Source of the DNA: Cyanobium sp. NAT70
GTDB lineage: Bacteria > Cyanobacteriota > Cyanobacteriia > PCC-6307 > Cyanobiaceae
Length of the DNA: 64,000 nucleotides
Reading direction: 5' to 3'
NCBI GenBank assembly: GCA_002701375.1
Contig: NZVB01000036.1
Span: 87,705 to 151,704 of the forward strand
Each line of letters opens with the position of its first letter. Within the stretch, counting starts at the first letter, position 1. Under the pieces are notes generated by a model. It made no database searches. It was not told the origin of the DNA and saw only the letters and a program-made list of their open reading frames with translations. Below are positions 63,361-64,000 of the stretch, piece after piece. Made by a program: the position numbers and the translations under genes.

Positions 63361-64000
63361 TTGAGCCAGGACCTCTTCGCCTTTCACGGTGAGCAGCAGC
63401 GCCGCAGGCTTGCCCCTCTCGCCGATCGCATGCGCCCGCGAACTCTGGAGGAGTTTGAGGGGCAGAGCGGAATCTTGGCGGAGGGACGTTTGTTGCGCCG
63501 TGCCATCAGGGCCGACCGAGTTGGCAATCTGATTCTCCACGGCCCACCAGGTGTGGGCAAAACCACCCTGGCCAGAATCATCGCTTCTCATACCAGGGCT
63601 CACTTCAGCAGCCTCAATGCCGTCCTGGCCGGCGTCAAGGATCTACGCATCGATGTGGATGCCGCCCGCCAGCGACTGGAGCGTCATGGGCTGCGGACCA
63701 TCCTGTTTATTGACGAGGTGCATCGGTTCAACAGCGCTCAACAGGATGCGTTGCTGCCCTGGGTCGAGAACGGCACGGTCACCCTGATCGGCGCCACTAC
63801 CGAGAACCCCTATTTCGAGGTCAACAAGGCGCTCGTCAGCCGCTCACGTCTGTTCCGGCTTGTGCCGCTGGAACCAAAGGATCTCAGTCAGCTGCTGCAT
63901 CGAGCCCTAGACGACCGCGAACGGGGCTTCGGTGATCGATCGATCGTGATCACTCCGGAGGCGGCCGAGCATCTCGTGGATGTGGCCAGCGGTGATGCCC
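63361..64000 (+). CDS. rarA: Replication-associated recombination protein A (5' part, truncated by window end)
   Basis: From TTG 63361: SQDLF..APLADRMRPR, HGPPGVGKTT, LFIDEVHRFN and GATTENPYF. Confidence 0.93.
   Translation, partial: MSQDLFAFHGEQQRRRLAPLADRMRPRTLEEFEGQSGILAEGRLLRRAIRADRVGNLILHGPPGVGKTTLARIIASHTRAHFSSLNAVLAGVKDLRIDVDAARQRLERHGLRTILFIDEVHRFNSAQQDALLPWVENGTVTLIGATTENPYFEVNKALVSRSRLFRLVPLEPKDLSQLLHRALDDRERGFGDRSIVITPEAAEHLVDVASGDA

Overview
Window from a marine picocyanobacterium, most likely Synechococcus. This rests on the circularly permuted two-piece tmRNA with tag ANNIVRFSRQAAPVAA and on the phycobilisome genes cpcG and cpcS. The centre (~14.4-47.8 kb) is core genome: smc, msrB, lpxB-like, tRNA-Leu(GAG), accC, psbX, ycf66, hli, an ABC transporter, HIT, comM, def, gltS, sufBCDS-ftrC/sufR, cpcS, cpcG and a PLD/ComA nuclease. 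pgm, an RND pump and the start of rarA lie at the right end. Two accessory tracts stand out. (i) 1-8.6 kb, downstream of ssrA, holds AT-rich orphan genes, a dead tyrosine recombinase, a passenger-less inverse-autotransporter-like barrel with a duplicated C-terminal motif, and a RAYT-type HUH transposase with its catalytic Tyr replaced by Asp. It also holds an incomplete lasso/RiPP-like modification cluster (PqqD/RRE, HprK-like kinase, sulfotransferase, GNAT-like protein) with no visible precursor. (ii) 47.8-54.5 kb starts exactly at the PLD/ComA stop codon. It contains a G4-like motif, a synonymously diverged duplicate of the PLD 3' end, and two paralogous genes whose final 279 bp are far more alike than the rest. 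Family assignments come from motif recognition by eye; no database searches were run.
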